NCBI GenBank assembly: GCA_965285935.1
Contig: OZ260661.1
Span: forward strand, 63,550,001-63,614,000
Direction of reading: 5' to 3'
DNA length: 64,000 nt
DNA from: Ophelia neglecta
Taxonomy: Eukaryota
In this document: one piece after another, positions 26,101-41,100 of the stretch
How the letters are laid out: the number at the start of each line of letters is the position of its first letter
Numbering within the stretch: position 1 is the first letter of the stretch
Program-made: the position numbers and the translations under genes
The notes under the pieces: model-generated
Seen by the model: only the letters and a program-made list of their open reading frames with translations
Databases searched by the model: none
Told to the model about the DNA's origin: nothing

Positions 26101-29100
26101 TGATGGCCAGGTACTTCCAAAAAATCAGTTAGAAAATATGGACCAAAGATTTCAAAACCTCACCAAGACATGTGACTTTGTTCAGCGTAAACTCGAGTAT
26201 GAGGAGTTGAAATACCGACTTTGGGCTTTTCTCGTGGTGGCCGAGTCTAAACTCAAATCCTGGACCATTAAATATGGCTACCAAGATGGTGTTGAATACA
26301 TTTTAGATGATTATATGGTGAGATCAATTTACACGTACTTTTGACATGTCCCTGAATAAGCAGCATATAAAATGCAAATGAAATTAATAATAATAATTTT
26401 GGCTTAGTGCAATTTAAATGTTGCATTATATAATAATTAGGTATCTTCATGTTTATTCAACAGTGTTTTATGAACTTTGTCTAACTTGAAGTAGGCAATG
26501 TTTTATAAGAACCATCAAAAGAGTGCACAATTAAGAATATATTTTTCTTGGTCAGGACTTTGTTCATACCCGTGAGTTATTTGCTGAGTATGATGACACA
26601 TACAGAGATGTGAAGGGGAAAGCAGACGTCTACAAAAGACAGGATCCTCAGAGTGAGTGGTTTAGCATTATCTTACCACTTGACAGATTACCAACTTGCA
26701 TGTCTTACCCTCAGACTGATGCTCATTTAATCATACCCCTATACACAAAAAACGAATAATAGTTTTATTGTCATTAAATATCAACTATTGTAGATATTTA
26801 CTTTTGAATGTCAGAATTTGCCCTAACATTCAATAAAGCATCTTTAGTTTTTTATATGTTGACCTCATTTAGATTCTTGTCAGTGGAGGAAGAAGTCCAT
26901 ACTGACTAAGGTTTCCCTATTTTCAGACAAACAAGAATCTGCCCAGATCACCAAGACTCTGGAGGATATTACTGAGAGATGGAATAAGTTGAAGGTAGAG
27001 ATCAGCTCGGTGCAGACCATGCTGGAGGAAGTGGTTCAGCACTGGAAACGATACACAGCATGTGCTGACCTTTTTACTGTGTGGCTGACAGATGCTGAGG
27101 AGATGCTGAAGAAGCCTGCTGAGGAAAGAGGGGTGAGTAGTCTCAAGATTTGTCACAGATTAGTAGTAACCATAATCTAGCTTAAAGGGTAAGCAGTGTT
27201 TGTTGACAAGATGCTTCTGCTAAAGTTTTGGTTGTAATATTGCCAGTTTTTATGTGGTTGTGTTGTGTAATTATATTGTACTAACATGATTACTGTTGCA
27301 ATTAAGAAACTTTTTAATCTTTAGGAAGAGCTTTGCAACTACATTTATATAGGCCCATATATATATATTTGTGTACATTTTTGTGTTGAATTAACAGAAA
27401 TGAAGATTGCTTCTTCAGACCTTGCCTAGAGTTCTGTATTTTCCATTTCACTTAGATTAGATACTGTAGTTTAGTAGTTACTTTTAACCTATTACATAAC
27501 TTATATTATAATACTTGGCTGCTATTCTATTAAACTTTACCACTTAGAAGCAGTGTATGCTATAGATAATGTAGTAAGAACTAATTTATGCTCTGCAGGT
27601 TAATCTTTCCAATGTTTTGTATCAGCATTTCACAGTGAGTATAATGGGTTAAACTCAGAGTAATGGGTTAAACTCAGAGTAATGGGTTAATCTCAGAGTA
27701 ATGGGTTAAACTATCGAGTAAAGCATTCTCAACTGGTAATAGAATGTCTCTAGACTAAGGGACAGGGCAGTGTCAGTGGTCTGTATTTCATTATCAATTC
27801 ATGTTAACCCTTTTCTTTCTGAAAATCATTATCAACTAGTAGATTCCTGTAGTGTACACAGGGAAAGGGTTAATATATGATATCCTCACTGGTTCTCACG
27901 CTGCAATAGAATTAGCTTTAGAATTTTGTTAGTTTTTTCCACAGTTTTGGTTATATGATGGGAATTACTGCTTGATCAAGTCCCATGTATCTATCTTAGA
28001 CTAGATTCAGAGGCCATTAGAAATTCATTCTCTTGGATTCAGAACAAAGCTTTGTTATGGAACTGTATTTTTATTATAAAAAAAAACATGTTTATATAGT
28101 TATATGGCAAGGCAGATATTTTTTTTAATTAGGTGATGATATTCTATCGCATGCCCTATGAGATTAAATACTTAACACTTTCATTCTAATTTTAATTTTG
28201 GTGTGTCTGGAAGCAGTGTTATTGTTTTTTCTTTTGTTGGCTCTCTGAGAAGTTGACATGTTTCTCCTGTGAGAGTTTGTAAACAAGATGCTTCTGATAT
28301 GATTTCTTTTTTCTTTTGCACATGGGTTTTTCTTGAGAATGCATATGCTTTAGCAGCTGTGAATTGCTTTAGAAGTGAATTCTATGATTGTTCCTGACTT
28401 TGCATATGTTTTCATTTGGTGAATGAGAAGGATTCTGCTTATTTGGATTCCTGCTTTCAGATTTTCTATATTAAATCTTTAAATTGAAAAAAAGTTGAAA
28501 CAAAGTGACATACATAACAACTTAATTGGACATTTATTTCCTTTAAATCCTGCAAGCCATATTTACTAAGAATTAAACCCTTCTTTTCAAAGGATTTCTT
28601 TGACAATTTGGAGAAGTGGGAAGAAAAACTTCGAGTCCTTAAAGAATCCAGCAGCTTTCTTGCCGAGGTTGTCCAAGAGCCAATATCTGTGGAGATTAAG
28701 GAGCGAGTGTTATTTATCGACACCAGATGGCAGGATGTCCACAGGCAGATCATACAGTTTCTGGCTCAGCAGAGGACTGAGAAGGGGCAGCAGGAATACC
28801 AGATGGGCCTGTCCCAGCTGGAGCAATGGCTGAGCAGGGCTGAGGAACTAGTCAACATGGAGCTACCATGTAGCCACTCAGTAGTCAGAGAACATGTACA
28901 ACAGCTGGATGTAAGTTCATTGGCTACACATACTACATAGTATACAGAGTAAATGCTACATGATTAAAAAAAAACAATATTAAATAATATTTGAGTCCAT
29001 GTGTTACAAATAAATTAGGAACATACATTGTTGATGACACCATTCAGACACGTATGTAATTGTGTACGATAATGCAAAATGACTACAAACTGTTGACTTC

Positions 29101-32100
29101 AAATAGACTATAATATTACAAGAATAAGCTTTGCCCTTGATGCCATAGAAATTTTATATACATGTCCAGGGTATTGGACTTTTGATCACCCCACATTTTC
29201 AGCCTATTTGTTCTGTTAATGTTATTGGTATTTTTTTCTTCACACAATATATACTTTGTATCATTTAGTCAGTACTGCAAGACTCTGAGAGAAGTGAGGG
29301 CCAGTTCAAGTCTGTCTCTAAGATGGCCCAGTCCATGGTGAAGATCAGCTCCCAGGCAGCCATCAAGGAGATGCTGGAGAAGCTCAGATTGGTCAAAGAG
29401 CGTCTGGTGCGAGTCAGACGGGACGTTCCTGAACGTCTGAAGCCGCTCAAGTCACTTCTACCCCCGGTGGAATCTCTGGAAATTGGAATCTCAGATCTGA
29501 CACGGTGGGTGGAGGAAGGAGAGGAGCTGCTCAACTCACACAGGATTGATGGCAATATCAACGTGGTGGAGGAGAGACTGGATAAACAAAAGGTACATTA
29601 TACCATTGTCAAAAACAGCCATAACCGCCACCATCACAATGTAAATCACCTAACATTCAGCTAGTTGCATTTGTGTGGCCCCACATTTAGGGTGGCCCCA
29701 TGCTAGCACTCCCTGTGTGTATCTTAAAAGGGTCATCCATGGTCAGTATTGTAATTTTATTTAACTTGATATTTTGGAACAACAGTCTAAAATTAAATGA
29801 ATTAAATTGAATTGTGTTCATTTGAAAACCTTTACACTTACTCCGCTGATTAACTGTATAATCACATCCCTTACTCATTGTCTTCAGGCATACTTCTCTG
29901 AAACTACTTACTACAAATCCATGTTGGAAAGCAAGAACAAAGTATACCAGAAAGTGGCCAAGACAGGAAGCAAGTACATGGACATAAAGGAGGTGGAGAG
30001 CACCATGCTTCAGCTCAACAAAAGGTTCCAGGAGTGTATCAGTGGGGCCAAGGTATATATACAACTATCTAATAATCATGGACATAATTTTACCTGGCTA
30101 TAATGATGACTTTTGAGACACTTTATATGTAAGCTTACTTGTAAATATATAAGGTGTTTTCATGCACTTTATGCTATTTTCAAACAGGAATGGGAGCAGA
30201 GACTTGAGAAGGCACTGCGCCTGTGGAGAACTGTTCAGAACAAGGCACAGCCTGTGGAAGAATGGGTTGTGGAGGCGGAGTCAGTCCTCGCGGAGGAAAA
30301 CGAAAATGTTTCCGATCTCATCGCAAACCACCGAGCCTTCTTTGATGTCATAGACCAGCATATGTTTGAGGATTTCTTGCGGGCTGGCGGGGAGCTTCGA
30401 CACATACTGGATGCAGATGACAAGGAAGACTTGGACACTAGCTTAGCCACCCTGCAGGACAGGTGGAAAGTAGGTTGAAATCCCATTTAAAAAATACTAT
30501 TTTGTAATGCTTGTCAATATGATATCAGTATGTTCTTTGAGCATTAGTGAAAAGAAATCTAATAAAGTCAAACAATATTACCAAGCAAACCAGCATGCAA
30601 AGCTTTGAGGTTTTAAAATGGTCATATATATTTTTTCCACAGGAGTTGCTAGAACTTGCTCCAGTACGGCTGTGCCGCTTGGAGTTCAAGCAGCCTGAAG
30701 AGACATTCATAAGAAATGTGGAAATGGCTGAGGAGACCCTGAGCCAGCAGAGGGAGGCACTGCAACAGAAGGGTGCTAATGTGAAAGAAATACTCAGAAA
30801 ACACAAGGTAACATGCCCTGAAGTCTACCTTTCATAGCATAATCCTTATCATTGCTCAACTCAAATATAGATAAGTCCATGGCTTATTTAGATATTGCCT
30901 AGAAAAAAAGTGGAATAATTTTGCTGTTCTTAACCCTCCCATATTATAGTTATCAAAAGCCTATCATCCAGTAAGTAGGACATCTTTGAGTGTTGAATGT
31001 GCAATGTTTATTTATTTGGTCACTTAATTATACCACTGTTTAGGGAATAAGATAATGCTTTCTATTCTAAAGAAGTAAAAAATCTGCACACAATATGATT
31101 TAGTATTCATTTTACACCTTTTGACACGATGAAAGATAACATGACATCACAGATCACAAGTGTGCTGAGCTAGTGTTTAACACTGTACACGTAATAGGAA
31201 GAATTTGTTTTTTTCTTCCTGAATACTCACTTAAATTTATATTTTTGTACCTCTATAGAAACAAAATGGACTCTGTCAGGTGATCAAAATCTAGAAACAA
31301 ACTATTGAAAACCTTGAAAATAAACCTTTATAATATTGCTTGGGTTCATCTGTGCAATGCACGCAAGCAACATGAATATCAATATTTGAACAAAAGGTTT
31401 GAAAAGGTATAAAACACAAAAAGAACAAATATCAGGTCCTTTGCATTGCAGGCTCCTCTTTCTTTGGGGGGGGGGGGGGGCTAAAAAAAGGATTTTCACT
31501 GAATTGAGTATATGTGTGAGTCGCTGTAATTTATGTGCGCAAGTTTACAACCGACATTGGAATTTTTATCTGGTGTGTTTATAAATGTTTCCTGTACTCT
31601 TAAGAGTTCAAGTAGATTTTAGGAGCAGAGAACCATTTGTCTTAACAGGAGCTCTGCAATTTTCATCACTGTTGATCATCCTGTAAAATTTACAGAATCC
31701 TAATATCAATAACATACTCTATATGACATCCTGGAGGGGATTTTCTGTTTAAGCGTGCAGAGTAACACAATTGAACTGAGTGTGAGATTGACTTTATTTT
31801 GACTTAATTTACCAGTAATGTGTTAAGGCAATCATACACTTATCATTTATCATTTATCAATGATCTCATCCATCCCTCCCGCAGGTGATCTTCCAGGAGA
31901 GTGGGATGGCTCCCACCTGCCAGGAGTGTCTAGAGGAGATGGCCAGAGCTAGCCAGAGACTATCCTCCCTACAGCCGGAGAACCAGTCTCTTCAGGACGA
32001 CTACCAACAATACTACGAGAGATGGCAGAAATTAAAACTGGAGATTGAAGATCTCCGCCTCAACCTTGAAGAGGTCCCAGAGAAATGGAGACAGTATAAT

Positions 32101-35100
32101 CAAAGGTAGGCAGCAGGGAAATCAATGAAATAAAATATTAATGATATGAACTAATTCAGCAGTCTGCCTTAGTTATTACACATTGATATATATATATATA
32201 TATATATACCATGTACATGTGGTAAGCCCCTAGAAGGGACAACACCTGGAGGATAATATTGAAAATCCTAGAATCATTTTTACTTTGAACAGAAGATGTA
32301 GCTAGTTTGCAATGGTTGTCAGAAGAAATTTGATTCCTGTTGTCATAAACATGTCATTGATATTTTTGCTCTTTTAACCATAGGTTGGAGACTTTTGTTG
32401 AATGGATGAACAGTGTAGAGGATACCATACAAGACTTGGAAAAAGAAACACTTTCGGCGAAAGAATACAAACAGACTGTTGCTCGCTTTCAGGTATGATA
32501 TCACAAGGAATATATTTCTCATAAGTGTTTATACATTTAAATAATTCATAACAGAAAATGTACTTTTTAATATATTAAAAAGAAAATTTTGAGGGACTGA
32601 TGTCAAGGAAAAGAGACATGATCATATATAACTTGTTTTAATATGAATAATGATTTCTCCTGCAAACAAAAGAGATTTGAGCTAAGGGCTAGAATTAGGA
32701 AATGGGCTAGTGACCTTCGATCATTCTCCCAGGTTAATATTATCTTTTTATAGATATACTTCACTCTCACAGTTTGTGGTCTTAATGATCACATATACAA
32801 TATATGCTTTTAACTTGGGACAACACCAGAGCATTTTTCTTGCATGAAATATTCTGTTTAATTTATACAAGTACATGTATTAAAATGATAGAATCCCAGT
32901 ATGCCCAAAGTAGAGGTAAGTTGTGTTAAGTGAGGGGTATAGATTTTGTGGTATGTAAATTTGGTCACTGAAGAGTGTTTATTTTCACCATCAGAGAGAT
33001 TTGCCACATTGAATGAGTTTATTTGCTTTGAGGAATGCATGGAATTGTATGTCCTATTTGTTACAAAAAAAGGAGAAAGACATTTGAGCTTTCGGTGGTG
33101 CAGCTGCAAATAAATATAAATAAACATATTGTGCACTGGTTTTGCTATAGTTTGACACATTTTGAGATTGAATTTTAAATGTTCAAGGCAATGATGCATA
33201 GAATGAGACTTAAAAATGTGAAATAGCCTGCCGTATTTGAAGTAATAGGCCCCCTGGGTTATTAAAAGATCATTCTAGCAAAAAATAATTCTAATAAGTG
33301 CTCAGCCTCTAATTAAAACATTGCAATAAGTGCCCTCCACAAAATCTAAAACATTGCAATAAGCGCATATAAGAGCATGAGCGCTAATTGCATCGAATAC
33401 ATTATGCTATTGCTTGTTGCCTAACTTGTAGTGATTGAGATTGTGTCCTTCCAGCAAGTGATAAAGAACATTGACAAACACCGTGATGATGCCCGCTGGC
33501 TGGTGAAGACACTGGATGACCTGCTGTCCACCATGTCAGAGCAGGAGGGTAGTCTAGAGCATCAGAGACTGGACTCTGTCCTGGACAGGTACAAGGCCCT
33601 CATGCCCGCCGTGGAGATCACCACCACACGCTCCTCCATTGTGGTCAAGTGTCATGACTATAAAGACACCGTCGAGTCACAGATGGAATGGCTGAATGAA
33701 GCAGAGGATAAAGTGCGAGATGATGTGCCTCTTGATGACCTCGAATCTGTGAGAGTTCTTCTGGATGAGCAGGAGGTAGGTCAATAAATCTGGTATAACC
33801 CTAGAAGACAATGTTCTTTGTTATATGTAGCTGTCATTTAGCCAGTGTGTGGTAAACATTGTGCGCTCTCTTATTTCATATGATGAAATGATTTTTTTCA
33901 GAGTTTGCTAGCCAGATTGGAGAGTCAGAGGCCTCAGTTGGAGCAGAACATAGCCGAAGGCCATGCCATGCTAACACAGGGAGACATGCCAAACTTTCTA
34001 CTGGAGACTGTCTCCATATTGGAGGACACAGTGCGTGAGACACAGACCCTGGCCCAGACCAAATACCAGTCACTGAGAGAAAGTCTACAAAAATGGGAAG
34101 AATACGAAGGCCTCAAAACTCATACTAGTGATTTCTTGAAAAAGGCAGAGAATGAGTCAGCCAAGACCCCTGCCCTCACTGGCAGAGAAAGTGTACAGAA
34201 GGAGTTGGCTGCTAAGCAGGTTTGCATCAATTGTGGCCTTACTCAGTTTGAGAAATTTGTTAGATAATTATAAACACAATAGTATCATAATAATGAGCTG
34301 CTCATGAATTTTTTTTGCCAATAATCAAATAACATTGAAAAATGAAACAGAATTAGATTATTTTTTTGTTTTGTTTCAGGAACTCCTGAGATCATTGGAG
34401 GAAATGCAGCCTGATTTGGATCAACTGAAAGAGGTGAACGCCAGTTTAATAGATATGGCCAGTGACCAAAGACAGGAGAATCTAAAGAGAGAACTATCTG
34501 ATGTTGTGGACCGAACAAACAAGCTGGCTACTAGCCTGACTGATCGTGTCCTTGAACTTAAAGCCAGCGACGAAAAGTGGGAACATTACTATGATGATTT
34601 CAACACCCTGTCAGATTGGCTGAATGAGAAACAGGAGGCTCTTAAGAAGATCCAAGAGAGCGACCTCCCACCAGATCAGCAATATGATGAGGCAAAGGTA
34701 AACGGTTTAACTTATGTAGGAATAGACTACATTTTGTCCTTATGCATGCTTACGAAACAATTTTCCTTATTGCCTACTTATTAGATACTAGTATTGTTCA
34801 AACTATTCCTTTTAGTAATTGCCATAAATAAAAACAACTTTACTATGGAAACATATTTAACAAGACCAAGTTAGACTCTTTTTTAAAAATTTTTTTTGGT
34901 GATTATTTTGCAGGCAATATGTTCTGAAATATTTGACAAGCATGCAGAGTTAGAGCAGCTTGAAAAGCAGGGACTTGATCTGGCTAAGGGCTTCAGGTCC
35001 CGAGAGACGGCGGCTGTCAAAACAAAACTGACCAATATGAGAAGACAATGGGAAATGCTGTGTCGCACAGCCAAAAAGGAAAGTGACAGCATCTCCGAGG

Positions 35101-38100
35101 ATGTCACACACTGGAATAAATATCAGAACAATGTACAGCAGCTTCACCCCTGGCTGCAAAGTGCGGAGAAATATCTGGATGAGAAAGTGGGCAAATGTTC
35201 AGATCTGGAGGAGGCCAATCAAGAGGCAGCCCACCATGAGGAATTCCTTCAAGAACTAGATGAGTATCAAACTTTGTATGAGCAGCTGGTATCAGAAGGT
35301 GCCCAGCTATCTGATAAGCCAGGAGTGGCCCAGGATCTGGAAGGCATTCAGAAACGATGGGGCCGGATCATCAGTGAATCTGAAGATCGAGGCCAGCTGC
35401 TTCAGAACAGTGTTACAACATGGCTCAAATTCAATAGCCTCTGTGAACAGATCACTGAATTTACACAAAAACTTGATTCCAAGTCTAGTGTTGAGCCAAA
35501 CATTCATTCAAGTGAGCTCGCTCCTTTGGAGAAAGATTTAGGTCTTTACATAGCTCTACATGATGATCTGAACTCCAATAGAAAGGTATTATCACAACTT
35601 GGGGAGGTGGCAGAAGAGGTTCAACCATATGTCAGTCCAATGGGAGCTAGTGAAGTTACAGCCAGGCAGACGGAGGTCACACAAGCCTGGAACAACTTAG
35701 AGGATAAGGTCAACCAACGAAAACATCAGCTAGAGAGAGCCTTGGAAGAGAGAAGAGCTTTCTGGAATAAATGGGACACAGTGGAAAAATGGATAACTAC
35801 AATGCACAGAAAAGTTGATGAAAGCAGTGAAATTTACTCAGATGAAGTTGGCAGCACTAAATCCAAGGTTGAAGCTCTTGCAAAAGACCTGGCAGACCAT
35901 AGCAAAGACATTGATGCACTAGAAGCAGATCTGCAAGAATTGGTTAAGAATTGTTCCCCTGAGGAGAGAAAAGCTATCTTGGATCACTTCAAAGCACTCA
36001 AAGGCTTATATTCTAATTCTAAAGATCTCATTGAGAACCGGGCACATCTTTGCCAGGAATGGGTAGAGTATGCAGTGGTCAATAAAGACAGTCGAAACCA
36101 GATTAAAGTACTACAAGAAAAACTGGAATCTCAAGATCTGTCTCAGGAAGATATTGCAAAGGTTGAAGAAGAGCTACAAAGAGTTCAAGATAGCCTTGCC
36201 ATTTGGGAAGGAAAGCGCAAAAACATGGAATCCTTGATGAATAGTTCTGAGATGACTATAAAAGAGAGACAATCGCAAAAGACATTACACTTCCAAGGTC
36301 AGATGCAGAGTCTGCAGACCACAGTTAACAAAGCAGACATCCTGCTGCAGCAAAAACGTGGCAAGCTGGATGAACTGACCTCGAAATGGTCTGAACTGGA
36401 AAATCTCAAAGAAGGACTAATCACAAGCTTAGCAGACGTCAAAGAAAAAGTTGAAGGGGCTGTAGTGAAGCAGAGTACACAAGAAGGTGTAAAAAATACA
36501 AACCGTGAAATGAAATCTGCTGAATCCCAGTTAGCCAACTTAAACCCTGTGTACGATGAGTTCCGCGATCTGGCCAGACAGCTGATGGCCACTGACTCTA
36601 GCAGGATGCAGCAAGCCCAGAAAAGTCAGGCCAGAGTGGACTCCGAGTGGGAGACAGTCCAGGCCCTTCTGGAGGATAAGTTCACAACTCTGGGCATGGT
36701 CATCACAGACTGGCAACACTTCAACGAGACCAAAAACTCTGTCAGCAAAGCCTTAGCCCATGTCCAACCTATTATCACTGAAGAACAGGTCTTTGACAAT
36801 CAGGCTTCTGTTAAGAGGGCTCTTGACCAATTCAAGGTACAGGAATTATTATTCATATTCCCCTTATATTTATCCTTAAACTTGCATTTCTTAAATTTCC
36901 CAGGCAAGTAACTATTCCATGACAATGGTCACATGAGTGATCTCTAACTTTCAATGAAATAACCATCTCCATCAGCTGACACTCTCTATGGTGATAAAAA
37001 GTAGTGAACAAAGCCTTCTTCTATCACTTGATCTCGTTTACTAAAACTTAAAACAGCCTACCAGCCTGCTTAATTTATATTGAGGAAAAATCAAATTATG
37101 AAGTCAGTCTGCTTCAATTTGCTGAAGAAAAATGTTAGAGTATCATTTTTAATTCCTTGCCTTATAAATGTACAATAATGTTTTAGATGCTATCACTTTG
37201 TAACAAGAATGTTGGAAGACTATGCTTTTGGTGAATTAACATTTTCAAGTCAGTCGTATACTGAGGGGTGTTCATGCAATGATTCCTTTCAGGGTGCCGA
37301 GATGGATCTCCATGGACAACAAAGGCAGTTAGACGTGCTAGGAACGAGAGGCACCACACTAATACAAGATGGCAGCACCCTCCCTGGCTTTGAAGCCTCC
37401 CCAATCAGAGACGAGGTACAGAATCTCCAGCAAAGATGGCAGCACACACAGGCCGATCTCCATCAGGGCAAAGAGAATGTGGAAGAACAGCTAGTATTGT
37501 GGGAGCAGATCTCCAGCAGTAAGGAGGAGCTGTCTGTCTGGCTGGATACCACCCTTCATAAGCTGGAGGATAGCACTGCAAGCTTTGGAGACTCAGTCGC
37601 TGTACAGTCAACTCTTAATACATACAAGGTAAAAGGCAATGGTCCAGCCCATCATTATTTTCAGCTGAAAGCTTGGTGGCTTACATATTATGCTACACTT
37701 CTAATAAGACTGATGTCAGATGATTCAATAAAATACTTGTTTTAAGCCTCATACACAGTATTGTCTCGTTGAAGAAATTACTTTGTTCTAGGTGCTTATT
37801 TTTATGCCATTTGAGTTATGATGAATGTAAAATTAATGTGAGATTTTGGTGTATTCTGTGTTTGCAGAATGAACTGCATGCTATGGAGGAATTATTTGAG
37901 GCAACTATTAAGAAGATAGCAGCCCTGCAGGAGCTCAATGCTAATAATGAGATACCTTCATTGAAAGAATTAAGGCAAAGTCTGGATTCTCAGTTTGCTC
38001 AATCAGCAGAATTATCCCATCAACTTGAAAACCAGCTGGAAGATTTCAGCAGGCAGAGAGGTGATCTGGAGAGCCTGTTAAACCAGCAATCAGATGAGGT

Positions 38101-41100
38101 CAGTCAGCTGAGGGAAACTCTGTCTAAACTGGACGATGTGACCGGGGAAGACAAGGACCTTGTACACAGGCTGGAGGAGGCTCAGGCTGCTAAACAAGAG
38201 TTGGAAGCCCACCGTGATCATATAGAGAAACTAGAGGAGAAACTAGATGGTCTGCAGTCACAATACCAATCAGCAGAAGCTGCTGGCCTTGCCAAAGACA
38301 TAGGACTTCTCAAGAAGAAGTATAATACTTCCCTTCAGAAGGCTAATAAAGTGGAGGAAAGTTTGCAGAATGCCCTGGAGCAGCAGGTTTCAGAAGCTCA
38401 GCAAGACCAACAGAGGTGGTTGATTGCTGCACAGGAGAAAATAACCTGGTGCTCGGATATTTCTGGTGATAAATACAGTGTTGAAGCTAAACTGGCCACC
38501 ATTCAAGAGCTCCTCAACACAGTTGGACATGGTGAGGAAAAGGTTGGAATAACTGCAGAGAAAATTGAATTACTGAAAGGAACCCTTGGTCAATCACAGA
38601 AAAAGGCAGAACTGGATCAGGTCAAGCTAAAGAGCCAAGGAGAATTCAGCAGATTTCTTCATGAACTGCAGGAGACCAAGGTGAAACTTGAATCTAGTAT
38701 GAAGCAATGGGCTGGATATGATGACCTCTATAATGACCTCAACAAGTGGGTTAAGGAGACCGAAGTCAAAGTTAGAAGTGATTCTGGCTTGAAAGCTGAC
38801 CTGCCCTCTAAACAGAGTCAACTTGACTACTTCAAGGTTAGTGCTATCAATTGTCTACCAGTCATCTCTAGTTCATCATTATCACTGTGGAACGATACTT
38901 AGATTATACATTATTATATGGCATTTTAGAGTCTGCTGGTCACTGTGAATATGTATTATTATTCAGAATATAAAGACGGATGTGGTGGCCCACAAGCCTG
39001 GTATAGACTCCATGTTGAGACAGGCTGAGGAGGTGGCACAGACCAGTACTGACTCCAGAGTCCTCAGCTATGCCCAGCAACTCTCCATCAGATACCAAAC
39101 TCTGCACAAATCCGTCTCAGTAAGTACTTGTTACTAATAGATACCATTTTAATGGTTGCACACTGTGCATTGGCTTCTAAGTTTAAACAAAACTGTTTGT
39201 GATTTTCTTTTACTTGAAAACAATGATCTATACCATACAGTTGTATCTGTAATGTCTTTAACAGGACCAGGTTGGCAAGCTAGAGCAGTTTGTAGATGAC
39301 CATGAAGGGTATAATGGCAGCTACAAGGATGCTGAAGAATGGCTGCGGTTAAGCACAGATCGATTGGCAGACGCCTCAGACGGCACCGGGGAACGAGATG
39401 AACTCGAAAACAAACTAGATACTGTCAAAGTAATACTTTATTTTCACTCCATAGACGCTGTGTACCTGTTCATGGTCAGTGATATGCAAAATTCAGATAT
39501 ATAGTGTTAAGTTGGCTTTGATGCATTACTCTGATCTGACCAATCAGTTGTGTTTATTTATGCCTTCCAGAATATGCTGGCTGAAAAAGACCAAGGACAG
39601 ATGAAGTTTAACCTAGCCTTGGAGGAAGGTGAGAAGCTGTATCCCAACACCTCTACCGAGGGCCGAGAGCTGATACGACAGGAAATACGCTCTCTGAGAG
39701 ACAGCTGGGAGGGCTACGTGGACCACCTGAACGACGTCGCTCGTAGGCTGGAACACGCCATGGTGCAGTGGTCCTCCTACAACGAACACTACGAGCAGCT
39801 GCTGTCCTGGCTGAAAGACATGGAGTACCAGCTCACCTGTGACATCGAACTGAAAAACACTCTGCCGGAGAAGAAAACCATGCTGGCTAATTACAGGGTA
39901 CATTTAAGACATCTGTGCAGCGTGACTGCTAGCAATGTTTGATTGTAAACAGTCCTGCTGTCAGTGGTTTAAATGTCATTCTGCAATTGTACAAATGTGC
40001 TTTTATTTATTGTTTGCTGTGCTTTTTGTAGAGACTACTGGGGCACTGGGGTGGAGCTTGACCTAAGGGCAGAGTAAAAAAAATGACTACTTTTTAAAAA
40101 TTATGAAATTATGAAGAAAGTGTTGAGCATCATTAATAAATAGAGGCAGTAGTGACTGAGCATCACTTCTTTAACTTTGTGTAGCCTTGTGGCCATTGTG
40201 TCCACTTTAAGACAATTTCAACTTTCTCTTGAATCACTAGTGTGATGTATTTGAAATTTATATCCATGGCGATGGTCTATTTCGAAATTATTTATTAAAA
40301 TAATTTTTAAAAAATTCCATATTTTAGTAGGCAATATAGCAATGACACTGTAACAGGATTTGTTAAGACTCCCTCTGACTGCTTATTGTATATTGGCTAG
40401 CTGATAGTGCAAAGTAATAGCTTGAAATTTTTTTCAATATTTGCATAATACTTGCAAATTATTAATGCCATTTCTTACACTTTCATCTAAAAGCATTTAA
40501 TAGTAAAGTATGAACTAACAAGTTGAGTTTTGACTTTGGCTTATTTTAATACTTTGCCTGGCTGTGAAGTAAGGCCCAGTGTTTTTATGTAGTGTCTGAC
40601 AGCGCAGGGAAGTGGTTTGTATTTGGATTTCATAGTACTATTTCACATGATTGTAGTACATGTAATTGTAATCCAGGTTTTTAAAAAAAAGTTATTAAAT
40701 GAAAATGGTATACTATCACTATATTATGTTTTGAACTGATTAATGGTTTTTCATCATTTATTTTCTGCCCACAGAGTTTGTGCCAGGAGATCCTATCCCA
40801 CCAGAGCATTGTGAGTAGTGTGAGTGAGAAGGGCCAGGGCCTGGAGTCTAGTATTGTCTCCAGTAAACTAACCCAGCTCACCTCCCGCTACCACACCCTC
40901 TGCTCCACTGTCAAGGTCAGTCTCACACAACGCTGAAAACAATGATCAAAGCATTTGAATTCTTTATACAGTGAAACCTGTGAATTGAGATCACCCACTG
41001 GACTGGAAAATACTGGTCTGGTTATGGAGGTGGTCTGTTTATACGGGTTATTTTAGATGAATAATGAACAATGTGGTATTCATATTTTTGGTCTGAATTT

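Noticed and set aside
27642-27712. CRISPR-like or telomeric interpretation of the 19-bp repeat
   Set aside because: No spacers, eukaryotic context, and not (TTAGGG)n.
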